Shown in pieces: positions 24,721-36,649 of a stretch of DNA of 51,222 bases. The position numbers and the translations under genes were made by a program. The notes beneath the pieces were generated by a model. The model was not told the DNA's origin, did no database searches, and saw nothing but the letters and a program-made list of their open reading frames with translations. Source of the DNA: Octopus sinensis (taxonomy: Eukaryota); assembly GCF_006345805.1 (NCBI RefSeq), contig NW_021834325.1, positions 1-51,222 of the forward strand. Reading direction: 5' to 3'. Positions within the stretch are counted from its first letter, which is position 1. The number at the start of each line of letters is the position of its first letter.

Positions 24721-24759
<39 letters not shown>

Positions 24760-25006
24760 TATTATATATAAAAGTAAATAAATGGTACAACGAAGCACCG
24801 ATATTTACTTTTATGTATAATTTTGCCCTCACGGGCTATCCTTTACTGGAAAGCGATACTCTCGTATTGCATTACTATTTTCATTATATATATATATATA
24901 ATATATATATATATATATACACATACATGCATGTATGTATGTATGTATGTATGTATGTATGTATGTATGTATGTATGTATGTATGTATGTATGTATGTGT
25001 GTATGC

Positions 25007-25039
<33 letters not shown>

Positions 25040-25057
25040 TGTATGTATGTATGTATG

Positions 25058-25093
<36 letters not shown>

Positions 25094-25140
25094 TGTATGT
25101 ATGTATCTATTTATCTATCTATCTACACATATATAGTACG

Positions 25141-25341
25141 CCAGGCGAAATGCGTTGCCGTATTTCGTCTGTCGTTACGTTCTGAGTTCAAATTCCGCCG
25201 AGGTCAACTTTGCCTTTCATCCTTTCGGGGTCGATTAAATAAGTACCAGTTACGCACTGGGGTCGATGTAATCGACTTAATCCCTTTGCCTGTCCTTGTT
25301 TGTCCCCTCTGTGTTTAGCCCCTTGTGGGCAGTAAAGAAAT
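25141..25341 (+). mobile_element. 5'-truncated SINE with B box, conserved core and Tx1-LINE-like 3' tail
   Basis: gagttcaaattcc B box; core ggtcaactttgcctttcatcctttcggggtcgat..aataagtacc; tail tttgtcccctctgtgtt.agccc also at 15624 and ~47681. Confidence 0.8.
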
Positions 25342-25764
25342 GTATCTACACATATATACATACGATTGTATTCAAAGATTTGTAACACAGAGTTTAGGAG
25401 ACGTAAAACACACAATCACATAATTATCTTGAATTATCATGATGATTTTCTGTGAAATAAAAGTACCAAGTCTTAAAGTCGATAATTTCTCATTCGTGTT
25501 TTCCATATTTATTTTAAATAGATGCCCCGTTGATCATAAAAGTGCCGTCACTTTTGACAACAAGAAGTACAGCACCGTGCCAAAGTTTTTGGTCACTTTA
25601 AACTATTGTAAATTTCTACTAATTGCCAACTTGTATGAGAGTGTTTCGCTTTGTGTTTTTAATAGATGAAGCATTGGCCCTGTTGGAGTCATCTCCATAC
25701 CTAATCATTATATTTTATGGTAGGGGTTTTGAATGAGAGGGGAAGATGCGAGACGACCCCCCAA

Positions 25765-26266
25765 AATTGCCGTGCAAAAGTTTTCCACCACCTCACAAAA
25801 ACCAATCAAGATACAGTGTTTTAAACAGAAAAATGTCTATAATAAAAATTTATTACATAATGTTCATTTCATGAAGTTACTGTACATTGTTAATATTTCA
25901 TGTGGCTTCCTTAGCTTGAATAATTGCTTCGATGCGCCTGGGAAGAGATGCGTACAAATCCTTCACCATCTTCACAGCTATGAGATGCCATTCTGCGTGG
26001 CTGAGTTCTCACAACTCTTCAAGATTGCGAGGATTCTTCTAACGAACTTTTCTCTTTAGTTTTGCTCATACTTGTTCGATGAAATTCAAGTCAGGGCTCT
26101 GAGCTGGTCAATCTTTCAATACGGTAACACCTTCATCAGCCAGACTCTGTTGTGTTGCACGTGATCTGTGGCATGGAGCACCGTCATGTTGTGCTGAAAC
26201 ATCTCACATTCATTTAAGTCTGGCACCAAATTGTCCTTCAGCAACTGGATGTATTTGGCACGGTAT
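25765..26266 (-). pseudogene. Tc1 (DD34E) transposase C-terminal relic with 3' end
   Basis: KYIQLLKDNL...FQH-DGAPCHRS...PAQSPDLNFIEQV*AKLKRKV...SLPRRIEAIIQAK; TIR-like tgccgtgcaaaagtttt at ~25768. Confidence 0.8.
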
Positions 26267-26536
26267 ATGTCGTACAGCATATTTTCATGGTTACGACGAC
26301 CTACACGTCTTTCCACTGCACAGAAGAATATGGGTAGCTGCATATACAACCGGGTATAATTTTCTGTATAGCCTCATTCAGGGTCTTTCAACCAGCTTCG
26401 CCTCGAGCCAAGTTAGTTGAAAAAACCCTGAATGAAGGTGCACAGAAAATTACACCCGGTTGAATATGCAACTGCCTATATATTTACCGCGGAAACGTGT
26501 AGATCGTCGTAACCATAAAGATATGCTGTACGACAT
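26267..26536. mobile_element. Diverged hairpin MITE, ~125-bp arms and ~23-bp loop
   Basis: 26267-26392 and 26416-26536 are imperfect reverse complements beginning atgtcgtacagcatat. Confidence 0.8.
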
Positions 26537-26563
26537 TGTAAAATAGAATAAAATAAATTTTGA

Positions 26564-26724
26564 GGCGTAGGTGTGGCTGTCTGTTAGTAGCTTGCTTACC
26601 AACCACATGGTTCCGGGTTCAGTTCCACTGCGTGACACCTTGGGCAAGTGTCTTCTACAATAGCCTCGGGCCGACCAAAGCCTTGTGAGTGGATTTGGTA
26701 GACGGAAATTGAAAGAAGCCCGTC

Positions 26725-26778
<54 letters not shown>

Positions 26779-26795
26779 ATATATATATATATATA

Positions 26796-26872
<77 letters not shown>

Positions 26873-26923
26873 TATATATACATACATACATACATATATA
26901 TATATACTATATATATATTATAT

Positions 26924-26961
<38 letters not shown>

Positions 26962-27160
26962 TGTGCCTGTGTTTGACCTCCCAACATCGCTTGACAACCG
27001 ATGCTTGTGTCTTTACGTCCCCGGTTCGGCAAAAGAGACCGATAGAATAATTACTAGGCTTATAAAGAATAAGTTCCGGGGTCGCTTTGCTCGACTAAAG
27101 GCGGTGCACCAGCATGGCCTCAGTCAAATGGCTGAAACAAGTAAAAGAGTAAAAAGAGAG
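26564..27160 (+). mobile_element. Full-length main SINE with a greatly expanded internal (TA)/(TG) microsatellite
   Basis: Head ggcgtaggtgtggctgt...; ~230-bp microsatellite after aagcccgtcg; tail gtaaaagagt repeats. Confidence 0.92.
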
Positions 27161-27986
27161 TAATGTTACAGTTTCTATCTTCTCCACCACGCTGCTGGCT
27201 GAGTTTGGTTGCTGCTGCGACGTCTACACGAAATGCATTTTTGAGGACGAAAGCTCCACGTACGTTGCTCTTTACTGGAAAATACACACACACACACACA
27301 CACACACATTTCCTGTACTAGTTCCAGCTCAAGAGCTGCGGTCGTGCTGGGGTACTGTCATTAGCTTTGCTACACCCTCACTACTTGAAACATCCTCTGA
27401 TATGTGGAATTTCGTGAATGACGGCGTTTGATGTTGTTGCCTTCATCTGCGTTTCTTGCCGTGAGGTAGGTTCACCCGGAACTCTCCACAGGTCGAGACA
27501 CAGTTTTGTTTTGAAGACACCTGTATTCATTCCATGCAGGGTGGATATTGAAGAATTATGGGCTCTTGACACCCAAGCTGTTGCAGTATCTGGTCCTGTA
27601 TCCTGGTGGCAATGTTAGGATTTCTGGTACTATACGATGACGCCTCGTTCTGCTGTGTAACGTTCAATGCCACGCACATAAATACACAGTCATATTTGTA
27701 CACATACAAGCATGCAGGCAAATCTATGCGTATACATTTGACAAGTCAGTCAATCACCGGCTGACACTTTATCGAAGAAATCAAAGAACAAAAAGCCAAA
27801 GAAAAAAACACACTGAACAACAGAGCTGAAGACACCTCCGAAAGGAGGGGGGAGGCGCCACGTCAAAACGGTAGAGGAGTAGGGGCCGAAACCGGACGTG
27901 GTTCCTCCTGATGATATCTTGAGCTAACTGGATCCTATAGGGGAGCTGTTGTGGTAGCAGATCACGAAACACGGTTGTAATTCCTA

Positions 27987-28152
27987 GGCGTAGGAGTGGC
28001 TGTGTGGTAAGTAGCTTGCTTACGAACCACATGGTTCCCGGTTCAGTCCCATGCGTGCCACCTTGGGCAAGTGTCTTCTACTATAGCCTCGGGCCGACCA
28101 AAGCCTTGTGGGTGGATTTGGAAGACGGAAACTGAAAGGAGCCCGTCGTATA
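27987..28152 (+). mobile_element. Main SINE, 5' half only
   Basis: ggcgtaggagtggctgtgtggtaagtagc...gaaaggagcccgtcgtatata. Confidence 0.9.
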
Positions 28153-28157
28153 TATAT

Positions 28158-28199
<42 letters not shown>

Positions 28200-28369
28200 A
28201 TATATATATATATAATAATATTAGGGAGTAAATCCAAACTTACAGGGAAAAATTAGATTTAGGATTAAATCAAATTTCACAGTATAAATATAAATTAAAT
28301 TAGAGATAAAACCACTATTAAGCAAATCAGTGAAAAACATAAGCCATAACATAAAAATAAATACAATTA

Positions 28370-28870
28370 ATACAATATATAAAATATATAAAATATAAAA
28401 TATAAAATTTAAATTATTTAAATTTAAAATTTAAAATTTATATTTATGAATTTTTATATATATTTAAAAAAATTCTTTATGAATTTTAAATTTATAAACT
28501 TTTAAACTTTTAATTTTTTTATTTAAAAAAAGATTTTTATAACTATCAAAAAGTATTAAAAAGTTTAATATGATATGATAATTATAATAAGTAATAAGTA
28601 ATTACTTATTATATTATATTAAGCTTTTTAGTACATTTTGATAGTTATATAAAAAAATTAATTTTTTAATTTATTAATTTTTTAAATTTTGTTTTTTATA
28701 ACTATCAAAAAGCATTAAAAAGTTTAATATAATATAATAAGTGTAATAAGTAATAAGTAATTACTTATATTATAATAAACATTTTAACACTTTTTGATAG
28801 TTATAAACAAAATTAATAAATTAATAAATCAAAAAATTAAAAAATTAAAAAATTAAAAATTAAAACTTTA
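28370..28870. repeat. Extreme AT-rich island with two tandem ~110-bp imperfect palindromes
   Basis: Units 28538-28649 and 28697-28805: tataactatcaaaa...ttttgatagttata with central ataagtaattacttat palindrome. Confidence 0.8.
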
Positions 28871-29249
28871 AACTGGTTATTCAAAGACATTTATAGATTG
28901 TAAGTTTATTTTGTCCAGTTACATATCAGTATAGTGGTCATTTGCAAACTCCAACTTTCATTTCTCCTTAGCCCTCACGTCACACAGTTGTTAATGTTTA
29001 TTTCAGTTGCGTCATGCCCTTCCAATTGCTATAAATTCGTAATGCATCTTACTGCTGTGTCTGTCACCTGGATGATGAGGAATCCTACATTGGGAGTGGT
29101 AACGACTAGGGTACTGTAGCTGACTGCTTATTGTGATCATTCGTCTTTTGGTTTCCTGTAGCTTTGCTCTCTTTTACAAACCCAGTGAACATATATTTCC
29201 TATTTCAAAGAAATTCAAATAATAGATATAAGACCCAAGTAAAAAAGAT

Positions 29250-29591
29250 TCTCAACAATTCAACTTCTCTGGTTGAGATTAAGATGCCCAACCCGAATAG
29301 GGGCATTAACTCTCACAATTTAGAGCTCTATGACCTTCATTTTTCAGGAGCAAAATCTTTTTAACACGTTCAATAAAACTGGAATTTTGGAATATGCGCA
29401 TAAAAATCAGTAATATGGGATATATATGGCACGATTATAATTTTTTGGGGGGTGTGTAAAGAGGGAAATAACCCTCATCTGCAAGTTTGATGAAATTCGA
29501 AACATAGATATTCCAGTTCATTAGAGAAAATATAACAGAAAAGTCTAATTCTTCAATTGTATGTAACACGGCAACGCCGGGTATCTCTGCT

Positions 29592-29597
<6 letters not shown>
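29250..29597 (-). mobile_element. Helitron-like non-autonomous relic (terminus tatacc/tagc...cccggcgttgcc)
   Basis: Minus-strand terminus tataccagcagagatacccggcgttgccgtg at a (TA)n tract; a similar terminus tatactagctgatgtacccggt lies at ~12050-12076. Classification is inferred. Confidence 0.4.
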
Positions 29598-29668
<71 letters not shown>

Positions 29669-29679
29669 GTGTGTGTATA

Positions 29680-29880
29680 TGTTTGTGTGTCTGTGTTTGT
29701 CACCCCACCATCGCTTGACAATCGATGCTGGTGTGTTTACGTCCCTGTAACGTAGCGGTTCGGCAAAAGAGACCGATAGAATAAGTACTAGGCTTACAAA
29801 GAATAAGATTTGCTCGACTAAAGGCGGTGCTCCAGCATGGCCACAGTCAAATGACTGAAACATGTAAAAGAGTAAAAGAC
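29680..29880 (+). mobile_element. Main SINE, 3' half
   Basis: gtctgtgtttgtc...catcgcttgacaatcgatgctggtgtgtttacgtccc...gactgaaacatgtaaaagagt. Confidence 0.9.
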
Positions 29881-29985
29881 AATACAGGTGAATATACGCA
29901 CAAAGACGTACAGTAATACGAAGTACACATATTAACAAACATATACACGTATCCATACATGCATTAAAATATTCATATGTAGTAA

Positions 29986-30368
29986 TAAGAGCACTCAGAG
30001 AGTGCAAATCTCCGCCAAGGCAACACCAATGTTCTTCCAAGATTAGCCAGAGATGATTTTTAAAATGAGAATATCTCAAATAAACTCGACTGCTCTCACA
30101 AACGAGAATACTAAAAATGAACCCCACTGCTCCCAAACTTTAAGTAAAAAAAAACAGGAACATGAAAAATAATCCAGAATCCTTGTCCGATACCGAGTCG
30201 ATCCAAAAATGTAATCAGTTCATGCCAGTCACGAGGCTAAATATCCCTGAAAGTTTCATCCTAATCCATCCAGCGGTTCTTGAGATATTTGTCCACGGAC
30301 AAGCAAACAAACATACAAACAAACGCGACTGACAAAAATACCTCCGCCCTAGCGAAGGCGGAGGTAAT
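29986..30368 (-). mobile_element. Helentron-associated non-autonomous element (HINE/DINE-1-like)
   Basis: 5' hairpin tacctccgcc/ggcggaggta (30339-30366), (TTTG)-like microsatellite core, 3' subTIR ggcggag (30010-30016) followed by a gcactc/gagtgc stem-loop (29991-30005) and a T-rich end. Confidence 0.75.
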
Positions 30369-30604
30369 AAAATACACAACCACGAATATATATTATACAC
30401 GTTTATGCGTACATGGATATATCTATACAAACATGCACACATACAAAAAACGATAATCTTACACCCATACACATACTCATACCGTACTGCTTATGTATAT
30501 AATCTCAAATATATAAGCATACATACAGAGATACACACACACATGCATACATAATATGTATGGTCGTATGTATATATATATATATATATATATATAAATA
30601 TATG

Positions 30605-30689
<85 letters not shown>

Positions 30690-30944
30690 TATATATATAT
30701 ACACATATATATATACGCATACACATATTTGAGAAAATTATGACGAAGCGAAATTAATATAAATTGTTAGTCTTGTGTGAAGGTGCAAAGTCTCGTGCTG
30801 ATTCCATTACTTTAATGTACGCCTCGAGCCAAAATCGAACCAGGAACTTTTTATGTAGGTGTATAAGTCAGAATAAATAATAAAGAACCCATGTGGATTT
30901 TTTTTCTGCGAAAGGTCGATGGATTTGCTGTTGAGTTGCAAATC

Positions 30945-31014
<70 letters not shown>

Positions 31015-31589
31015 GATGATGATGATAATGATGATGATGATAATGACGAAAGAAAGCATATTTGTTAAGTTCAACATCATAGCGAAAGGTTTTAACCAAG
31101 TGTGCTGATGTAATTGTCTGTTTTGATGTAACTGCTTGTCTGACATCAATCTTTCTCTGTGGAGCTACTCACTCAAGTACATGTTTTGTATTGAGGACAC
31201 ATCTGTGAGTTTGATCTTTATTTTACTTAAGAATTTTGCTTTATTAGTCTTTTATGTGCAGTCTGGAACAATATCGCTCTTAATACAATTAATATTCATG
31301 ACCTTCTCGCTCTCACTTTCTGAATGAAGTGTTGTGTTGATAGTAGCTCTAAGTGAAAGCGTTTTGTGGGAGGCAGGATATGATCATAGGAAGATGATGT
31401 AAATCGATAATAAACATCATCATCGTATTTAGAATTTCTTAATGGCTTACTCTTGGCTTTCTTTCATAGCTTATTTCATGTGGGAAATCTGAACTTAAAC
31501 AAATTAATAAGAAAACAGTAAGGACAGCCTTGACAATATAAAATGCTTAAAAGCAATGTTGTCCATACATATCCACTACACCCTCGGAC

Positions 31590-31745
31590 CACTACACTCT
31601 TGACCCACTGCACTCTCGCATCCAGCTGTAGAAACTCTGCCGGATCAGACTGGAGCCTGGTGCAGCCATCTGATTCCCCAGTCAAATCGTCCAACCATGC
31701 TATCATGGAAAGCAGACGTTAAACGATGATAATGATGATGATGAT
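31590..31745 (+). mobile_element. Degraded SINE 3' portion with a (GAT)n tail
   Basis: catccagctgtagaaactctgcc...cgtccaaccatgctatcatggaaagcagacgttaaacgatgataatgatgatga. Confidence 0.6.
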
Positions 31746-32142
31746 ACAAATCATAGTTACATGAAATTAACTCCCTTTTGTTTGAGAGTCTCTAATAATC
31801 GCTGTTAGATTTTCTTTTATCTTTTATTTCTCAGTAAGAGGTAAATTTGAATTCATTGACAATATAATTCATACGCCAATCAGCACATCACCTCTGACTT
31901 AAATGATCTAAATCCATGCCACTGGCCTTTTTGAGTTCTTTCCCCTTCATTCATGTCTTGTAATTAGGCATATTATATCGACCTGAACTGCTAACAACCC
32001 TGTCTGTGTCTGTTTCTGTGTCTGTCTGTCTGTCTCTCTCCTTCGTTCTGTTCACTTGAGAATACTTTCATTCTCAGAGAATGAAAGTATTCTCAAGTCT
32101 GCATTACTCCTCAGTAATATATTATATATATATATATAATAT

Positions 32143-32174
<32 letters not shown>

Positions 32175-32177
32175 ATA

Positions 32178-32218
<41 letters not shown>

Positions 32219-32229
32219 GGTAGAAATAT

Positions 32230-34430
32230 GTTTTGAAAAAAAAAAAATACACATGAAAGTGTAAGGGTAAAATAAGAAAAGTCAACGAAAATGCATATTG
32301 AAGGTATAAAAAGACTATTTATGATAGGTAGTGACAAAAATATACATTTAGAGTAATACGAGTCAAAAAGGTCATTATTATTGATGATTATAAAAAGGTA
32401 ATAATAATAATAATAATCAGGTAAGGGACTGAAACGAACCAATTGGTTTTCGCGTTAGCTGTTCATCGTTTGAATAACACCGGTTAGTAGACGGTGTCAG
32501 GTCTAATAGTTCCTGAGAGAAAAGATTATTTGTAAGGGAGGTAAGTAGTTCTGGATTATATGTATAAGGGAGGTAAGTAGTTTAGGAATTAGAAATGTGA
32601 GTGATGTAGAAAGTGAATAGAGTTTAGTGGTTTAAATTGAAGAGTTAGTAGTGTTCTGTATTGAGTTGTGTGTTCACATTTAGTTGGGGGATAAATTTAT
32701 TGATGAAAAATTACTCTTTATTCAACCTTTGTTGCATTGTGGTGTTCTGTGAGCATTGATAAAAGGGAAATATTTGGAAGATGGAATTACGATTCCTGGC
32801 ACATCTTTCTATGTGTTCACTCACCTTTAACTGTCTGTATTGTGGGTGGCGGATTTGCTCTTTGTGAATGGTGATTCTTTGACGGAGCGAAATTCCTGTT
32901 TGTCCAATATAGAGTTTACCGCATCCTATGCATGTCATGACATAGATTACATTTGCCGAGGCGCAGGTGAAATTTGATTTGATCTTAAATATTTCTCCTT
33001 GTTTGAATTGAAATTCTGAACCCTCCAGAATGTGGGGGCATGTTCCACAGTTGGAACGTCCACATTTTCTCACTTTTGGTTCAGTAGTTAGTGGGTAAAG
33101 TCTAGCGCTGGTTAGTATTCTTTTCAGTGACTTCGGTTGCTTTTTGCTTTTTATAATTTTACATGAGCTTAAAATTTCGTTCATTGTTTTGTCTGCTGTG
33201 AGGATGGAGAGGTTTTGGGTGATGATGTTGAAGGCTTCGTTATTTCTGGGGTTATGTGTGGAGATGTACGGGAGTATTTTTAAGTCTTGTTAGTATTTCA
33301 GTATACATCTAATTTAGGATAAAAGTTTTCGAAAAAAAAAAAAATACACATGAAAGTGTAAGGGTAAAATAAGAAAAGTTAACAAAAATGCATATTGCAG
33401 GTATAAAAAGTCTATTTATGTTAGGTAGTGACAAAAATATACATGTAGAGTATTACGAGTCAAAAAGGTAATTATTATTGATGATTATAAGAAGTTAATA
33501 ATAATAATAAAAAGGTAAGAGTCTGAAACGAACCAATTGGCTTTCGCGTTAGCTGTTTATCGTTTGAATAACACCGGTTAGTAGACGGTGTCAGGTCTAA
33601 TAGTTCCTGGGAGAAAAGATCATTTCTAAGGGAGGTAAGTAGTTCTGGATTATATGTATAAGGGAGGTAAGTAGTTCAGGAATTAGAAATGTGAGTGATG
33701 TAGAAAGTGAATAGAGTTTAGTGGTTTAAATTGAAGAGTTAGTAGTGTTCTGTATTGAGTTGTGTGTTCACATTTAGTTGGGGGATAAATTTATTGATGA
33801 AAAATTACTCTTTATTCAACCTTTGTTGCATTGTGGTGTTCTGTGAGCATTGATAAAAGGGAAATATTTGGAAGATGGAATTACGATTCCTGGCACATCT
33901 TTCTATGTGTTCACTCACCTTAACTGTCTGTATTGTGGGTGGCGGATTTGCTCTTTGTGAATGGTGATTCTTTGACGGAGCGAAATTCCTGTTTGTCCAA
34001 TATAGAGTTTACCGCATCCTATGCATGTCATGACTAGATTACATTTGCCGAGGCGCAGGTGAAATTTGATTTGATCTTAAATATTTCTCCTTGTTTGAAT
34101 TGAAATTCTGAACCCTCCAGAATGTGGGGGCATGTTCCACAGTTGGAACGTCCACATTTTCTCACTTTTGGTTCAGTAGTTAGTGGGTAAAGTCTAGCGC
34201 TGGTTAGTATTCTTTTCAGTGACTTCGGTTGCTTTTTGCTTTTTATAATTTTACATGAGCTTAAAATTTCGTTCATTGTTTTGTCTGCTGTGAGGATGGA
34301 GAGGTTTTGGGTGATGATGTTGAAGGCTTCGTTATTTCTGGGGTTATGTGTGGAGATGTACGGGAGTATTTTTAAGTCTTGTTTAGTATTTCAGTATACA
34401 TCTAATTTAGGATAAAATGTTTTCGAAAAA
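32230..34430 (-). mobile_element. Tandemly duplicated 5'-truncated Penelope-like element (GIY-YIG endonuclease end plus 3' region), ~1095-bp period
   Basis: ORF 32711-33184 has KCGRSNCGTC and VIYVMTCIGCGKLYIGQTG (GIY-YIG with PLE Cys motifs), preceded in frame by LPYISTHNPRN; second copy frameshifted; units start ~32230 and ~33326. Confidence 0.92.
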
Positions 34431-34908
34431 AAAAAATATATATATATAAAAAAATTAAAAAATATATAAAAAAATATATATAAAAAAAATAAAAATGGCG
34501 GTGCCCCAGCATGGCCATAGCTCATTAGCTGAAACTGGAAAAATCAAAATCAAAATCATATATATAGGCACAATGAGTTGCTATTATCCATAGGCGGAAA
34601 CAGCTGTAAGTGATTTTAATAATTTATATTCATGTTTTTTAATAACTACTTGTATTCTTATCTTATATGCATTGAATAATATACTATATGTATGTATGTT
34701 ATTATGGTTGTCGTTTTGATAAATAAATAAGTCAACATTTTAATATCCTAAAGTTGATGAATCAACTAATGTGGTTCTCCATTTTCTTATTTGCAATATA
34801 TATATATATAAATATATATATATATGTGGCAAATGAAAGACAGAAGATGGAATATATGAGAATTTATTATTAATCACGACAATTGTTTCGATATATGTAG
34901 CATATCTA

Positions 34909-34957
<49 letters not shown>

Positions 34958-35899
34958 CTCTCTCTATATATATATATGCGTAAATACACGCACATACTTA
35001 CGCACACCCGCACATGCCTGTGTTTATATATATGTGCATAAATACATACATGACTTATGCTGTAAAAGATTATTCAAGTTTTTAGTTCCTGCTTTTTGAT
35101 TTTGGTCAACTGCACTAAGTACTTGCTTTTTATAAAATGTATTTTCGTTTGTTTGTTTTTCTTTCCTACCTGCCCTACGTAATTTATTTTCCCCATCACG
35201 TAAGATATTTTCAACACCGTGATTCCTTTTATAATGTTCAGCTACGCTAAGTTATTTTTTTAAACAATAATGTTTAATGTTTTCTGTGAATGCTAAGATA
35301 CCATTGTAATGTTTTATAAATACTAAAGCTTTAACGGCAGGAAAAGGTTGCATAAATGTGTGTACCGAACGGGTTAAAAACAGAAATAAAATAACTCATT
35401 TGCTTAAGAGTATTTTTTTATTTTTATTTTCATCTTAAAATAAGTACAATAAAATATATCGTAGTTATTAGTCTCTCGCAAAATAGAACAAGCAATCTCA
35501 TTGAAAAGTGCCGTAAAATATTTACTTTTGCATCCGGCGTGAGCATAAATTCATTTGAGATTTCTGCATATTGTCGGTGATAAGTAAGTGAACATATAAA
35601 TGGGGAAAAAATCGGTGCAATTCATTCTGTGCTATCGTCATCATCATCATCATCATCATCATCGCCATCATTACAATCATCATCATCAAAATCATCATAA
35701 TTATCATCATCATCACCAACATCACCATTATCACCCCCCATCATCATCACCATCATCACTACCACTTCCACCACCACAATCATCCACTTGTTGGCGGTTA
35801 ACACAAACACACAAGCACATACACGCACACATGCACACATACACACGCACGCACACACACACGCACGCACACACCACACACACACACACATATATATAT

Positions 35900-36300
35900 A
35901 TACCATGGGCTTTCAGTTTCCGTCTACCAAAATTTTTGGTTAGCCCGAGGCTATAACAAAAGACACTTGCCCAAGGTGCCACGCTTGTAGTTGGGAAGCA
36001 AGCTTCTTACCACACAGACATGTATGTATGCGTACATACATACTAGCATTCATTGTAGCATAATAATGTATATACACAGTTCATAGGCCTTGGTATAAAT
36101 ATTTCAAGTCTGATATTCATACTACAGGCCTTTTTCACTGAACTGTTATGTAATGAGGATATAAACAAACCAGCATCGGTTGTCAAGTGTTTGGAGCGTG
36201 ACAAACACAGACTCAAACACACACATATAAGTATATATACGACTGGATTCCACACAGTTTCCGGCAACCAAATACACTCACAAAGCATTGGCCAGACGTC
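35900..36300 (-). mobile_element. Fragments of the main SINE (5' half 35900-36018; middle ~36160-36300)
   Basis: ctttcagtttccgtctacc...gacacttgcccaaggtgccacgc; ccagcatcggttgtcaag. Confidence 0.7.
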
Positions 36301-36649
36301 ACTCGTCCAACGTGTGATTCAGTGGCACTACAACCAAATTTGTGTGATTCCAAAGTGAGTTTCTAAATCACCCAGCCATGCCTTCGGTAACCAGCCATTC
36401 GGTAACGTAACTCAGATATCGCCTTGCTATACGTAATTGCTACCTTTATGCTTTGAGTTCAAATGCTGCCGATGCATTTTTTTTACATTAACTTATTCTG
36501 CAATCAATAAAATAGTAAATTATGTATCAAGGATCGATTTTCTCTACTGCTTATCCTCCAAATTGTAAAACTTTCTGCTTATGATATAAACCACCACCAG
36601 TATTTTGCGTAGGATATGGGCAGTTCTCATGAGCACTATTTTTTAAATT

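Noticed and set aside
27820-27985. CTGAAGA/CTGATGA...GAAAC hammerhead-like words
   Set aside because: Stem I and the base of stem II do not pair convincingly in either register; a SINE insertion may have truncated it.
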